From assembly GCF_009914755.1 (NCBI RefSeq), contig NC_060928.1: a stretch of DNA of 64,000 bases; one strand, given 5' to 3'. This document shows, piece by piece, positions 1 to 14,602 of the stretch. Numbering within the stretch: position 1 is the first letter of the stretch; each line of letters opens with the position of its first letter. A program made the translations under genes and the position numbers. The notes beneath the pieces were generated by a model. The model searched no databases and was not told the origin of the DNA. It saw only the letters and a program-made list of their open reading frames with translations. This stretch comes from the human T2T-CHM13v2.0 reference genome, Homo sapiens.

Positions 1-1110
<1,110 letters not shown>

Positions 1111-1123
1111 TATACACACATTC

Positions 1124-1421
1124 GGCCGGGCGCTGTGGCTCACACCTGTAATCCCAGCACTTTGGGAGGCCGAGATGGGCAGATTATGAGATCAGAAGAT
1201 CGAGACCATCCTGGCTAACACAGTGAAACCCCGTTTCTACTAAAAATACAAAAAAATTAGCTGGGCGTGGTGGCAGGTGCCTGTAGTTCCAGCTACTTGG
1301 GAGACTGAGGCAGGAGAATGGCATGAATCCAGGAGGCAGAGCTTGCAGTGAGCCGAGATCGGGCCACTGCACTCCAAGCTGAGCGACAGAGAAAGACTCC
1401 ATCTCAAAGAAAAAAAAAAAA
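1124..1421 (+). mobile_element. AluY, full length
   Basis: GGCCGGGCGC start, ATCGAGACCATCCTGGCTAACAC, poly-A; TSD AAGAAATATACAC(AC)ATTC at 1105-1123 and 1422-1438. Confidence 0.95.
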
Positions 1422-1660
1422 AAGAAATATACACATTCACACACAAACATGTGCATCTAGGTCTATTTATATATCTACACATTCTTCTCAATTCCTATCT
1501 AACGTAGAAAAAAAGTAAACTGAAGTATATGTTGATAGTTTTGATTCTGATTGAACACCGTGTTATTCTAGTCTCCACTCCCCCTTATTTCTAAATTCTT
1601 TTTCTAAAACGGAATCACTTAGTTTTGTTTTAGTTAATATACTTAATATAATTATTTGCT

Positions 1661-1805
1661 TTTTATTTTTATTTTCTTAAATTTCAACTTTTAGATTTGA
1701 GGATATATGTGAGGGTTTGTTACAGAGTATACTGCATGATGCTGAGGTTTGGGGTATGACTAAACCCATCATCCAGGTAGTCAGCATAGAACCCAAGAGG
1801 TATTT
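1661..1805 (-). mobile_element. L1 extreme 3' end fragment (old L1PA/L1PB-like)
   Basis: T-rich tail followed by GGTTTGTTACA..GTATACTGCATGATGCTGAGGTTTGGGGTATGA..CCCATCATCCAGGTAG. Confidence 0.75.
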
Positions 1806-4407
1806 TCTATGGCACTTTACACATTCTAGAAAACTGGTTGTTAATTAGCACAAGCACCTATAATAGTGCCTGATATATTTAGTACTCAAAATATATGTTA
1901 AATTAAAAACAAATGTATAAATTAATGGTTGAATATCATAATAATTACTCAAAATGTAACATAATTCCAAAGGAGAAAACTTTTTTCTAAAAAGGCTCTC
2001 TCAATTGCTCTTTCTGATTTACTATTTTCCCCAAATCTGTAGTTGCTTCATTATTGTTTGGAATTTTGCATTAGTTGTCAATAAACAAAAAATATGGATC
2101 ATATCACAGCTCTTTCATTGCTTGAGATATATGAATGTATGTGATATCTTTGATGTCCTGTATTTTATCTTTATTGCTTTTTGTTACTTAAGAACATCTA
2201 GAAAAGAAGATAAATATTAATCATGTCAGAAATTATCAAAGGTTGATTACAATAAAAATTTCTCTAATGTGATAACCACTCAAAAACTTCCTTCTTCATC
2301 AAAACACAGTATTTTTTAAAAAATAGAGTGCTTCATTTTTATTTCACAGAAAATAATCAAATGATAGCCAGAATATTATGAACTAGAGTCACATAGGATA
2401 TTCTAATAATACTACTTGTGAAAGAAGTATTGAGGAGGTCTTAGGACAAAAGAATATTTGTTTAATAGTGTCAGAATTCATTTTAACACCATAAAAAGGA
2501 TATGTATTTGTTCAATTTTCACTCACTGCACAAAGAATTAAAGAAGATTTTCAGTAATAGCATTCATTTTGAGTCTTACCAATCCTTTCAGTTTTGGTAT
2601 AACAAAAAGGCTATTAGCTTTTACTCTGTTGTGTTGAATTTTGATGATTTCTGACAGTCTTCACTGAAATGCTCAGAGATGAGACTTGCCAGTCGAATAA
2701 TTTAAGATCTCATTAAATTTACCAGCAACATAAAAGCTATTTCTGCCTCTTAACTTTTTGATGTGTTGCCTTTTTCTAATCCTCTTCTCAGGACCTATTT
2801 AAAAGACAATAAAAATTTTGTTTTTGTGTGTTGAAAGATTTCTCCATTATCAAGAGAGTAGTCAGTTCTTAACTTTAGAATGATTGCATATATAGATATG
2901 AAAAATAAGGAAACAATTATTAGGAAAACTAATCAAATTTTTTACTAACATTTAGTAATTATAACAAAATTATTGTGCATTGTATTTTGTAGCATTTATG
3001 CAGAGGATATACTAACCTGTTTAAATTTTTAGACAGAAATAGTAGAAAATAGAACATTGTCATTTTCAGGAGCAAGGAAGTAACCTGTGAAAAAGTGAAC
3101 GCGTTTCTTCAAATAATATGCTAATGAAAGGCTGAGATATTAATGTCTAAATATTATAAAACTTTCATTTTAATATAATGTTTTACTTTATATTTATATT
3201 GTATTGTATAACAAAGAAATGTGAGTCTTGTTACACCTGAGAACTTGAACTGGCAATCTACATATTGTTGTTGAAACAATTTTAGATTAAACATACAATG
3301 AGAGGGAAAAATGATTCTGTTGCCTCAATTTTAAAAGGAATATTTTGAAGAAATAATTTTCCATATAATAGCTTGTTATGATCTTGCCTTTTAGCCTCCC
3401 TGGATAAAGAAATGCATACTTATAATCATTGAAGGAAGACAATTTTCCTTGTTTTCTGCAAATTAGAAATATATTAGGCTATTAAATACATAATTCAAAA
3501 TATACAGAATAAAGGTATTATAGAACCTAAGAATTATATAAAGAATTATATACATAAAGTAATGAATACATATACAAATAGTATAAAAATACTAAAAATA
3601 GTATTTGCATATTGATTAATTACTATGGGTATTATATAACTCTTAGTTTCTACATTGCCTTTCTATTCTTAGTTATTATAATAGGTATATTATAATTACT
3701 AATACATATAAACTACTTATAGTTTATATGAATGTGTTATATGTACATGTATATTATAATAACTAATACCTATTTACAGTTATACATATTATAATAACTA
3801 ATAAATATAAGCTACTTATTGTCAAAACTGTTTTTAACTATTAAAAGATAAAGCACACAGATATGTTTTCTTTACTAGGTATTCCCAGAAGCACTCAAAA
3901 AACTCGGGGTTTTCATATAGCAGTGATTACAGACTTGCTATTTTTATTATTCCCATTTTATAGATTAAGAGCACAAGGCTCATATTAGTGTTATTTAGCC
4001 ATGTCATAGAGCCAATTCCCAGATATTTTTTTCCGCTTGTTTTGTCATGAAGAATGAGAAGTAGAATCAGCATCAAGTTTGTGCTAAACAAGTACAATAA
4101 TAAGAAAGCACAGCAAATGGTGACTAGACTGTAAGAATATTTTTGCTTTTAGGCTACCCAAAAAAGATAAGATATATGAGGTGATCAAAGTGAATAATTA
4201 TATAAACAAGAGGAATTAGAATATGAATAAGCCAGGAAAAATAGGAATAGGCCAAAAAAACACACACACCCATTTCTTATTTAAACCTAAAGGGAGACAA
4301 ATTCATTCAATCTATACATATTTATTTTGCTACCTCAATAGAGACAAATATCTTCTCTAAGAAAAATCCCACTTTACTTAATATGTATCACATTACCTAA
4401 TAAATAA

Positions 4408-4764
<357 letters not shown>

Positions 4765-4938
4765 TAGGGTCAAGTATGTTGAGATATTCGTTATGCTATA
4801 TTTTGCTCAGTATTGCCTGAGAGTTGGATTATTTTATCATTGTAGAGAACAGCTTCTAGATTATGAGAATATTAAATAAAATAAACTGGAGAGACTCTCA
4901 GCAGCAAACTATGGTATGTAAGTACATATGTAAATATG

Positions 4939-4971
4939 TATCTATCTATCTATTTATCTATCTAATCTATC

Positions 4972-5004
<33 letters not shown>

Positions 5005-5028
5005 CATCTATCTATCCATCTATCTATC
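4939..5028. repeat. (TATC)n microsatellite, imperfect
   Basis: Direct reading of TATC units. Confidence 0.95.
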
Positions 5029-5329
5029 TCCTTTTCTTTCATTTATGTCTGGATCTGTACCAAACGCCAGGCAGAGGAGTTAGGAGAAGTAATTGAAAAA
5101 CCCATGGGTGACATCACCAACTAAAACAGGTGACAAATAATCAGCATAAAACCCAGAATACAAGAGTAATTGTCCTAACCATTGGCAGCATAGGGCCAGT
5201 ACCAGCTGGAGTTAATGGCAAAGATAAAATGAAGATAAAAGGAAGTATTGTAAGATCTTAATATCAATAAACTACAACAAGAAATCATCAATAATGCTCA
5301 CTCCCAAAAGAAAAATACTTACCCTGAAG

Positions 5330-6800
5330 AAAAACAATTGGAACAAAATCAAAATTAATCAGAGAATCAGATAATCTGAGACAAGTAAGATAATTTTTGG
5401 AAAACAATTTTTAGAAAAAATAATTTGAAGGTACATAAAATCAAATAGAAGTGGTACAAACTATAGTCAGAGATACAGAGTATAAAAATAAGAGTAAAAA
5501 ACAGAAATTGAGAGATTAAAAACATCTAAAAATTTTCTAAACATAGAACTTAGGCAAAGAATAGTAATACCCATGTAATGGTTATTTCTAAGAACAAAAA
5601 TTAAAATAATAATATTAATTATTTGAGCATGAAGGTAAAAGGATAAGAAGTTTATATTGATAATAGACTTCTTGATAGCAACATTTTATACAGGATGATA
5701 ATCAAGAAATGGTTTAATGATTATGAAACAGATAACACAGTAGTGAGATGAGATTTTATTCATCCAAACTATGAATCATGTCTAAGGAATGTAGAACATC
5801 ATGAATATTTATGATTTTAAAAAACATTGTTCCTGCGATGGCTTTTTTAGAAATGTCCTACTTACTGACAGTAAGACAAACATCATGTGAGGCTTCTGGA
5901 TAAGGACTAAATATGTTTAATTTTATAATTAAGAACAAGTAATGGGGATTAAAGTGACAAAACATGATGCTATTAAGTGTGTTAACCATGAAGAAATAAT
6001 GCAACTCAACAACAAACAGAAAAAAGGAGAAGAAAAAGAAAGTAGACGAATCTTAATGACTATCTCAGGAGTATCTAACTGCCATTAAAAAAATATGGAA
6101 CTAAAGTAAATGTTAAGCAAAAAGAGAGAAGAAAGGAAAGAGAGTTTACTAGAGAACAGTATTACTACTCATTGAAGAAATCAATGAAATCAATAGGCAG
6201 TATTAAAACACACTAGAGGACTAGTATATTTTATTATAATATTATTATAAGATAATAATAAGAATAAACATAGAAACATTTATAAATACCAAATGAGTAT
6301 ATCCTGCCCCTTAAATTAAAGTGTCAATACAGGGCAAGATTTTATATAAATTATTTATATAGCAAAAGCTTATATAACAGAACTTAACACCAGCATAACA
6401 GGTATATCAAAGACACAAATGGGCTTAACTCACCATTAAATGGCGTACTTTTAGATTGGCTAATGGAGCAGAATCCAATCTATTCTGTGTGCAATAAACA
6501 TATTGAACAAGGCAATTCAGAATGGTTTAATGTAAAAAGAAGAGCAAAGATAGATCTTGTATGATAGCAAGATCCTGAAATAGTTGTCAGAATTTTGCTA
6601 TGAGACAAGATAGAATTTAAGACAAAATAAATTTAACAGGATAAGGAAGGGAAATTTATTCTACAGAAGGCTTCATGCTTCATTCTACATTAAAAATAAA
6701 ATATATATTAATAACATGCACAAAATTACAATTTTCATAAAGCAGAAATAACAGAAGTTGAAAGAAGAAATAGACATTAAAACTGGAGATTTTAACATAG
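5330..6800 (+). mobile_element. Degraded ancient L1M ORF1 to ORF2 endonuclease fragment
   Basis: At 6415-6800, decayed EN motifs: GGGCTTAACTCACCATTAAA (GLNSPIK), AGGATAAGGAAGGG (RDKEG), GGAGATTTTAACA (GDFN). The upstream A-rich ORF1-like part is less certain. Confidence 0.65.
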
Positions 6801-6875
6801 CTTATTAATTGGTAAGTCCTTGAAGAATGCAAACAAGCCCCACTTTTAGTAATTAAAAAAAATTAACACAAATAC

Positions 6876-7280
6876 TGACAAAGACTCTCTCCTTCATCAA
6901 ACTTTAGTCAGATTTTTGAGCTCTCCTCTCAGCTAGATCTTCACCTAGGCCCCTTGCCTAGTCTCCATAGCTCACTTTTAACAAGAATCCTTAAGTCCAT
7001 ATGGAGAGAATCTTGATATCTGATCACCCTGAGCTGCCTTCAGCAAGAATCCTGTTAATTTGGTTTAGCAAGAGTTCCCCTACTTTTGATGTCTCCTCTT
7101 AGTAATTTTCCATCCACTGACCCCCTCACACTGCTCTTTTGCTATAAATTTCCATGTGTGCCTGTATTTGGAATTGAGCTCATTTCTCTACTAAAGTCTC
7201 TTTTTCTGTGTTGCAATAATTTCTGAATAAAATCTTTCTTTACTGCTTTAATTACCCTCTGGCTCTGGTTCTCTTTGACA
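6876..7280 (+). mobile_element. MER31-type solo LTR (ERV1 group)
   Basis: Starts TGACAAAGACTCTCTCCTT..CAAACTTTAGTCAG, repeated AGCAAGAATCC, TATAAA and AATAAA boxes, ends TTTGACA; near-TSD ATAC/TTAC. Confidence 0.85.
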
Positions 7281-7314
7281 TTACTCTTTGAAGAATCACT
7301 TTAGGGAAAAAGAA

Positions 7315-8300
7315 TAAATGCAAGAAGACAAAGTCAGAGACTATTATCCAAATATAGAATGGAGATAATGATGATGGTGATGTCTTGGATAGTGATTGCA
7401 ATGGACTGCATGGCTGTTGCCACCCTGTCCCTGAAACTTATAGGTGGAAATCCTAACCCTTAATATGATGGTATTAGGAGGTGGCACTTTCAGGAGGTGG
7501 TTACATCATGAGGTTGGAGCCCTTCTAAATGGAACTAGTTCCCTTATATAAGGGACCCAAGAGAGTTCTCTCACTCTCTGACATGTGAGGATACAAGAAG
7601 AAAATGGTAGTCTGCAACTTAGAAGAGAGATATCACTGAAACCTGGTCACTCTGGTACCATGGTCTCAGACTTCTAGCCTTTAGAACTGTGAAAAAATTG
7701 ATTTTTGTTGTTTCTAAGCCACCTAGTCTATAGGTCTTTGTGATAGCAGCCAGAATTGACTAAAACAGTAATAGTAGCAATGGCGATAGAAAGAGTGAAT
7801 GCATCTGATATATACTTTGACGAAAGAAGTAACAGGACTATCAGTCATGTGGACGTTTGGCATGAGAGAAATGCAAGATGGTAATTAAATAACTTTGTGT
7901 CTAAGTCTGAAGGTTGAAGAATAGTCAAAGGTAAAAGTAAAGCTATGGGAGTTACCGGCACTTACGAGCCTTTTAAAGGAATTATTTATTTTTATTGTTA
8001 AATCACCAAGGAAGAGTTGAAACAGACAATAGAAATTAATGCCAAATGAGCTGAAAAAATAAATGTGTTGAAATTGAGTTGGGAATAAAAAGCTGAGGTG
8101 GCAAGAAGAAAAGCAAGGTTGGCATATTTTTAAAGAACTCTATAATGAATAATGTTTTGAAGAGGGAGAAATTTTCAATAATTTGAAATGCTGCTGAGAC
8201 TTTGGGAAATGCGAATGGTGCCCACGTAGAAGTTATTGATGGCCATTAAAACAACACTCCCTTTAGCATTATGTATAAGAAACTAGATTAGAATGAAACA
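7315..8300 (-). mobile_element. L2 fragment, split by MLT1A
   Basis: Purine-rich L2 antisense pattern (GAGATAATGATG..GTAGCAATGGCGATAGAAAGAGTG..AACAGGACT) on both sides of the MLT1A. Confidence 0.55.
7397..7767 (+). mobile_element. MLT1A-type MaLR solo LTR
   Basis: GAAATCCTAACCC..ATGATGGTATTAGGAGGTGG..CAGACTTCTAGCCT..AAGCCACCTAGTCTAT..ATAGCAGCC..GACTAAAACA. Confidence 0.88.
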
Positions 8301-8409
8301 AATGGATTCTTAATTCCAGAATTGTGGAGAAATAGAAAATCTAAAAACTTATTGGAAACACAAGAAATGCAACATGAGCTATAATAACCATCCATTTCAA
8401 TATATGTTA

Positions 8410-8950
8410 GAGGATTTCAGGTTCAGGCCATGATAAAGTAGCACAAACTCACACCCTGAAGTTGTCTATAAAAGCTGGGCAAAATATGTTAGACAACTGT
8501 TGGAAGACACTGAAGAAGAATCAATGTATACAGAGCTTGAGTGGGATTATTATTAAAAAGAAATAATTATAGACTACAAATTACATTCACTCAGATGTTT
8601 TTCCTCTAATAACATTTCCCAAATACTGATGTGAAGAAAGAAAGCATACACAGAAAGTGAAATTTTACTGTGTTGAGGGGACAGAGATTAGAGTTAAGGG
8701 TATCCAGTGTGTATGGGGCTCACAAGACCAATTTCCAAGAAGGAGGTAACCACAGAGAGAGAGCCTGAATATCTGCATACAAATGCCCCTTAAGTGTGGC
8801 CAGTATCAAAGATATGTATGCACAAGGTGAGACGTCAAGAAGCCTAGCAGAAATCAATAAGTGGGAGGTTGGAGTGCTGAGTTTAGATTTCAGCTAGTGG
8901 TTTAGAGAAGAAAGAGGTTGTGTTTCAAACACTGGTAATTATAGAGGATG
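8410..8950 (+). mobile_element. Probable old L1M 5' UTR fragment
   Basis: Resembles recalled L1MC/L1ME 5' ends (AAAAGCTGGGCAAAATATG..ACAACTGTTGGAAGACACTG); subfamily unresolved. Confidence 0.4.
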
Positions 8951-9164
8951 AGATGGGAGTGAGAAACTGTATGGCTAAATGTGGTCATTCTTCAGGTTTT
9001 AGCTTTTATGCAGGGTGCTATATGCTGGTTGCTTCCAACACTGTAAAAGTTATTATTTAATTACCTACATATAAAAGATGACCATGAATAGGCATAAGAT
9101 GAAAGTATGTCATTAATCAAAATGATGATTAATTCAATTCTCTATAATTGAGATTCAATTAAAA

Positions 9165-10005
9165 AGAATATTATTCATCACATTCACAGAGTAAATGAGA
9201 AAAATCACATCATTTCAGTAGATGCAGATACATAAGATCTGTATCCTAACAGATATTGATACAAAGAAGTATTTGATAAAATTCATCATTAATTTACTAT
9301 ACATATATATGCTCTTATTAAACTAGGATTTAAAAGGCACTTCATTAAGTTGATAAAGTGTATCTTTTGAAATCCTATAAACAATATCTTATGACATAAT
9401 AATGTGGGAATGTTAGAAGACTTGCTTTTCAACCTGGGAACAAGAAGAGATTCTCTGTTATTTTCCTATGCTGCTGTAACAAATTGCCACAAAATGGGTA
9501 GCTTAAAGCAACACAGACTTTTTCTCTTATAGTTCTGAAGGCCAGAAATTCATAATCAGTATCCGTGGTCTAAAACCAAGGTGTGATCAGCATTCTATTT
9601 TTTCCAGAGAACTCAGGGGAGAGTAATTCTAGAAATTATTCCAGAAATGCAGCTTCTAGAACTACATTTCTTGTCTCAAAGTCCCCTTCTTCTATCTTCA
9701 AAGATAGCAGTGTATAATTTTCAAATATTTCTCCACTTCCATGATCACATAACCTAGATTCTATGTCAAATCTCCCTCTCCATCACTCTTATAAGGACAC
9801 TTAAGATTGCATTTAGAGCCCACCAAGATAATTCATGATAATCTTCCATCACAAAATTCTTCACTTATTCACATCTGTAAGTCTCTTTGCCACAAAAGCT
9901 TACATTTACAGGTACTAAGGATTAAGACCTGACATCTCTTGAGGCCATTATTCAGCCTAACACAGATGTCCTCTCTTGCTGCTTGTTTTACACATTGTAC
10001 TTTTC
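9165..10005 (+). mobile_element. Ancient L1M ORF2 reverse-transcriptase fragment, split by MLT1D
   Basis: Decayed IHHI.R..EKNHIISVDA, FDKI, KLG and GTR motifs before 9452; the CPL..L.F..IVL-like continuation resumes at 9965. Confidence 0.75.
9454..9964 (-). mobile_element. MLT1D/E-type MaLR LTR
   Basis: TTTCCTATGCTGCTGTAACAAATTGCCACAAA..CTAAAACCAAGGTGT..CTTATAAGGACACTT..GGCCATTATTCAGCCTAACACA. Confidence 0.85.
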
Positions 10006-10319
10006 TGAATACTTTTGAGAAAGTTTGCTCTAAAGAAGAAAAAAAAGTAGTTCTATATTTGTGAGACATGTAGACTGAGGAGAATTACTATTCTTCTAAT
10101 GTGATATATAAAAGCACATTTATGTGACAATAGCAATAATAGAGAAGATAAATGAAAGTTATGCAGAAGGGAGAAGATTTGACAATAGCAAGCATGAAAG
10201 TCCTGCAGGGGAAAAGTTTGGATGGGATACTGAATAAAATTGTAATATTACTTTTTGATACATACGTTCACACCATTTTTCACAATGCTTCCTAGATTGC
10301 TCTGTATTTCTTTCCCATC

Positions 10320-10438
10320 TATATATATATATATATACGTGTATATATATATATACACACACATATATATATACACGTATATATATATATACACACACAT
10401 ATATATATACACACATATATATATATATATATATACAT
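10320..10438. repeat. Compound (TA)n/(CA)n microsatellite
   Basis: Direct reading; uninterrupted purine-pyrimidine alternation. Confidence 0.95.
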
Positions 10439-10558
10439 TTTGACTGAAAATGATTGACTGGGATGAAAGAAAATGAAAAAGAAAAACGGAACAAGGAATT
10501 CTCAATTATATAAATAGAATATTATAATTAGTAAACCATGAATAAAAGAAGGCATATG

Positions 10559-10923
<365 letters not shown>

Positions 10924-11350
10924 CTACTTCTGGAATTTCCACCATAAGGGAATAATAATGATGTAAGGGTTCACTTAAAGGACAGAACTTGTACTTGGTT
11001 ACTTATGTACACAATCTCTGCCTTACTTGCTTTTGGTGGATCGTATTGTGTCATTTCAATGTGGCCATTATTGTCTTTTATGAACATATACAACAAAGTA
11101 ATATACCTTTACATAATGTCTACATCTCTACTGTAATTTAAACTTTAATGGCTCAAAAATGCTAAATTACAAAATAGAGAAAGATGTGTGTTAAATGCAG
11201 ATTAATATAATTTAAATAATATTATATATAATAAGGATTTGTAAAACTTAACCATTAAGATGGATAGATGAGAAAGATAGAAACCTAGAATACAACACTA
11301 GAAAATCTAGAAACATAGTAGAGATGAGTTCAATAATTCGATTCTATATA

Positions 11351-11569
11351 AGAGGTCATCAAACTACAAAGCACAGAGCTAATCAGGCCACTGATGCATT
11401 TTGGTAAACAAAGTTTTATTAGAATAAAGTGACATCCTTTTATTTTACATATTGTTTACGGCTACTTATGCACTACGATGGCAAATATTGGTACTTGTGA
11501 CAGAGATCACATGGCACATACATTCTAAAATAATAGTTGGCCCTTAACGAAAGGTTTTGAGAGCTACTG
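11351..11569 (+). mobile_element. MER58A (hAT-Charlie MITE)
   Basis: GGTCATCAAACTAC..GTAAACAAAGTTTTATT..TTACATATTGT..TGTGACAGAGATCACATGGC..TGGCCCTTAACGAAAGGTTT. Confidence 0.8.
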
Positions 11570-13289
11570 CTCTAGGAAATCTCAGGTTCAATGTCAGTTA
11601 TAAATCAGCTTTGCTTAGCATAGCCATGTTTGAAATCCTTTCCAATGACAATAATTGTTACTGCCTCTAGACAGAAGAGTCCAATTATTTTAAGGTTTCA
11701 TTATTAGGAATGGTTCATTTAATTAAGCCATAGTTGTTACTTCGAGTATAATTAATTAGTGAAGGTATATTGCTTTTATGGGATATAATTAATAGGAAAA
11801 TAGGTTACTGCTCTGTAGCATAGTTATAATTTAAATGCTGTGGCTTTATAGAATTTAAAGGTAGGGTCTGTTTATTATTAATTATGCCTCCCATCATCTA
11901 GCTCATGTGAGGTAGCTCTGGAACAGCACATTATTTATGTTTGCTAATAATTTATTTTAGATATAATGGTTGGTTAGGAAGGAGTTCACGGTGAAGAAGG
12001 TAGATGTCACAAAAACATGCCTGAAATGGTGATGGAGAAGACGAATCCATGTATTTATTCATTTAATAAATTATGTTGTCATTCAAGCAAATAAAAATAG
12101 TCTTTACCCTGAACATTCATATAAAAATATCTGTTGTATAATTAATCGTGTGCTTCTGAATAAAATGGATGAAAGCATAGTTTACATTATAAGCATTAAT
12201 TCATTAAAATTTACCCTGAACATTGTTATTTGGTTTTATTAGCAAGAAATATAGCACTTGGAATGGTTTATTAAATACATGTGAAGAACTCTAGATCATA
12301 AAGAACCTAAAATACAGAATTTTCAGCATTATTATAATCTATTTAATTACACATTCAGGTTTATTTGTCACTGAAACTTAGTAACTTGATTTTGGGAGTT
12401 TTATATCGCTTCTGTGTCTTGTTTGTTTGCACAAGTTTGTTTATGGTGAAGTGCAAAGTATTTTAGTAAAAGGGATTTGAGCCACAGATGACAAATAATT
12501 ACAGGAACATATAACATAAACTACACTTGGACTTTAAAGCAGGTTTAGATTATATTACTTTGGTTATTATTCTTTGTTTTCAAAAGGGAATGATGGGTTA
12601 TAGCTATATGCCCAAATATTTAGGCGAAACACTACAAAAGAAGGGTGAAGAGACCTTTTATCTAATGGCCAAAGTAAAAGGTAGCACTCATAAAATATAC
12701 TGTTTTGTGTAATAAGTGAATGGAATCTTTACACAATTTTTTTGCTAGGGTTGTCTAGGAAACTTTTCTAATTGGCCACTACTTCATAGAAAAACTTGAT
12801 CCAGACCTATATGTGGAACTTCCCTTTATATTACCTTGCTGAAATTATTAAAGTTAAAAGCTTGTTTTTCCAGGCTGATACTCTCAAGACCTACAAAGAC
12901 CAGTCACATCGAAGCAATCAGTTGATTACCATCATGATGCCTGTGTATGTTTATTTCATGTCAGACAAACCTGAGGTCTGTAATTGCATGCATAAAGAGT
13001 GCAACCATGGAAGAAACGAGGTTGGCTTGTGGTGTTCCTATGGCAGCAACAACACAGCTTCAAGTGCACCATGAGCATGAGCACTGCCAAGAAAATATAT
13101 TGGCTCTCAACTCTCAGAATACTGCCATGTCTAGAACTTTTGGCCTTGCCAACCACTGGGCAGTAAGAGACAGTAACAAATCACAGCAGATACTGCTTCC
13201 TTAGAGCAATTAAATTACATCAGAAAAACTAAGCTGAGTGATAACAAAACAATTTCTAAACGTCAGGAGCCTAAATCAATTCATTCATA

Positions 13290-13604
13290 AGTTGCTCATT
13301 TCACATGTCCATGGTGTTGCTTATGACTCTACTCATGGGTCATTTTCACCTTTATACCAGGATCTAGGGGACAAAACAGCCACTCCAGAACATTGAAAGT
13401 TACTGTAGTCAAGGAAAAACAGAACGTTGTGAGGCACACTCTGAATTTTCGCCTCTAGAAGGCAACAGACACTTTAGTCTACTAACATTTCAATAAGCAA
13501 AAGGAAATCACATTCTATAACTGAATTCAACAGGGCAGTGGGCTATATCCTACCATGTGTATGAAGAAGCCAAAAAATATGTAAGCAATCCTAATGTTTA
13601 TCAC
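13290..13604 (-). mobile_element. MLT1I-like MaLR LTR fragment
   Basis: CAGCCACTCCAGAACATTG..ATCCTACCATGTG..CTAATGTTTATCAC resembles MLT1I antisense. Confidence 0.55.
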
Positions 13605-13684
13605 CTTAAATTTATCCATGCATGCTACTGTGTTCTCTTTCACTGTAAAAGCAGTGATTGCAGAATCATCACTAGTATCTCAGT

Positions 13685-14310
13685 ATATTAGTCAGGGTAA
13701 TTAATATTAGTTTCTGAACCAAACTGCAAATATCTGTGACTTAACACAATTTTTTTCTTCTCATTCATATAATAATTCAGTAGAGGATTAACTTTCTGAA
13801 ATTCCTTAAAGGTTTTCACTGAATCCTCTGCATTTAATATAAAGAGGAGTATGAGAAGCATTGTGTGAGGTATCTTATAGCTCAGTCTAAAAGTGGGAAA
13901 TATAACTTTAACCTACATTTCATTCACCAGTGAAATGGTCTCATCCTACCTGCAACTGAGGCTGAAAAATACAGCATTTCCGTATGGTCCAAAGGAGGAA
14001 ATAATGTTATCATCTCACCAGTCTCTGTCAAGGTCAGTCCTTCTGATGCCAAAGTATCTGCTTTAATCTTCCTCCCATTATAAAACACACCGACTTCTCC
14101 TCTCAAAATGAAAAATGCAGAGTTCTTTCAAGGTCTGGCATCCAGCTCAAAATTTAGTATCTCCGGCCACTCATAATTCTCCCAATGAAGTCCAGATAAG
14201 GTCCTCATTTCTCAGTAAAATCTAAACTTAAAAGACTAAATATGTGTCCTGTGTACAAATATGCAACGGTGAAGTGGGAACAAGGTGGCAGCAATAAATA
14301 TATCTCTATC
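13685..14310 (-). mobile_element. Old MLT1 LTR plus adjacent MLT1 internal fragment
   Basis: TATTAGTCAGGGTA..GACTTAACACAA..GGCTGAAAAATACAG..CAGTCTCTGTCA, then internal-like GCATCCAGCTCAAAAT..AAACTTAAAAGAC..ATGCAACGGTG. Confidence 0.55.
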
Positions 14311-14602
14311 ACCACAGTCATTTGTTCTTGACTATTTGCAAATCATTTCAGGAAGACATGGTGAAACATCCTACACTGTGAGTGGCAGAACCCCATGTGC
14401 ACTGCAGTCTTATTTCCTACCCTCCAGAGGAGTATATAAACTTTTCCTACATAAATAATGGCCACATTTTTATATCGATACATTGTAAGTTCTAAGATGT
14501 GTTTTTTTAAGAGGAATTAAAATAGAAAAGCATATACCTAAAAGATGTTCCTCGGGATATATCTGCATATATTCTCTACTCTTGTCATTTTAAATAAAAA
14601 TA

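Noticed and set aside
10159-10505. YIYI/VCV-rich ORFs here and at 4863-5096, 27387-27587 and 31204-31428
   Set aside because: Read-through of microsatellites
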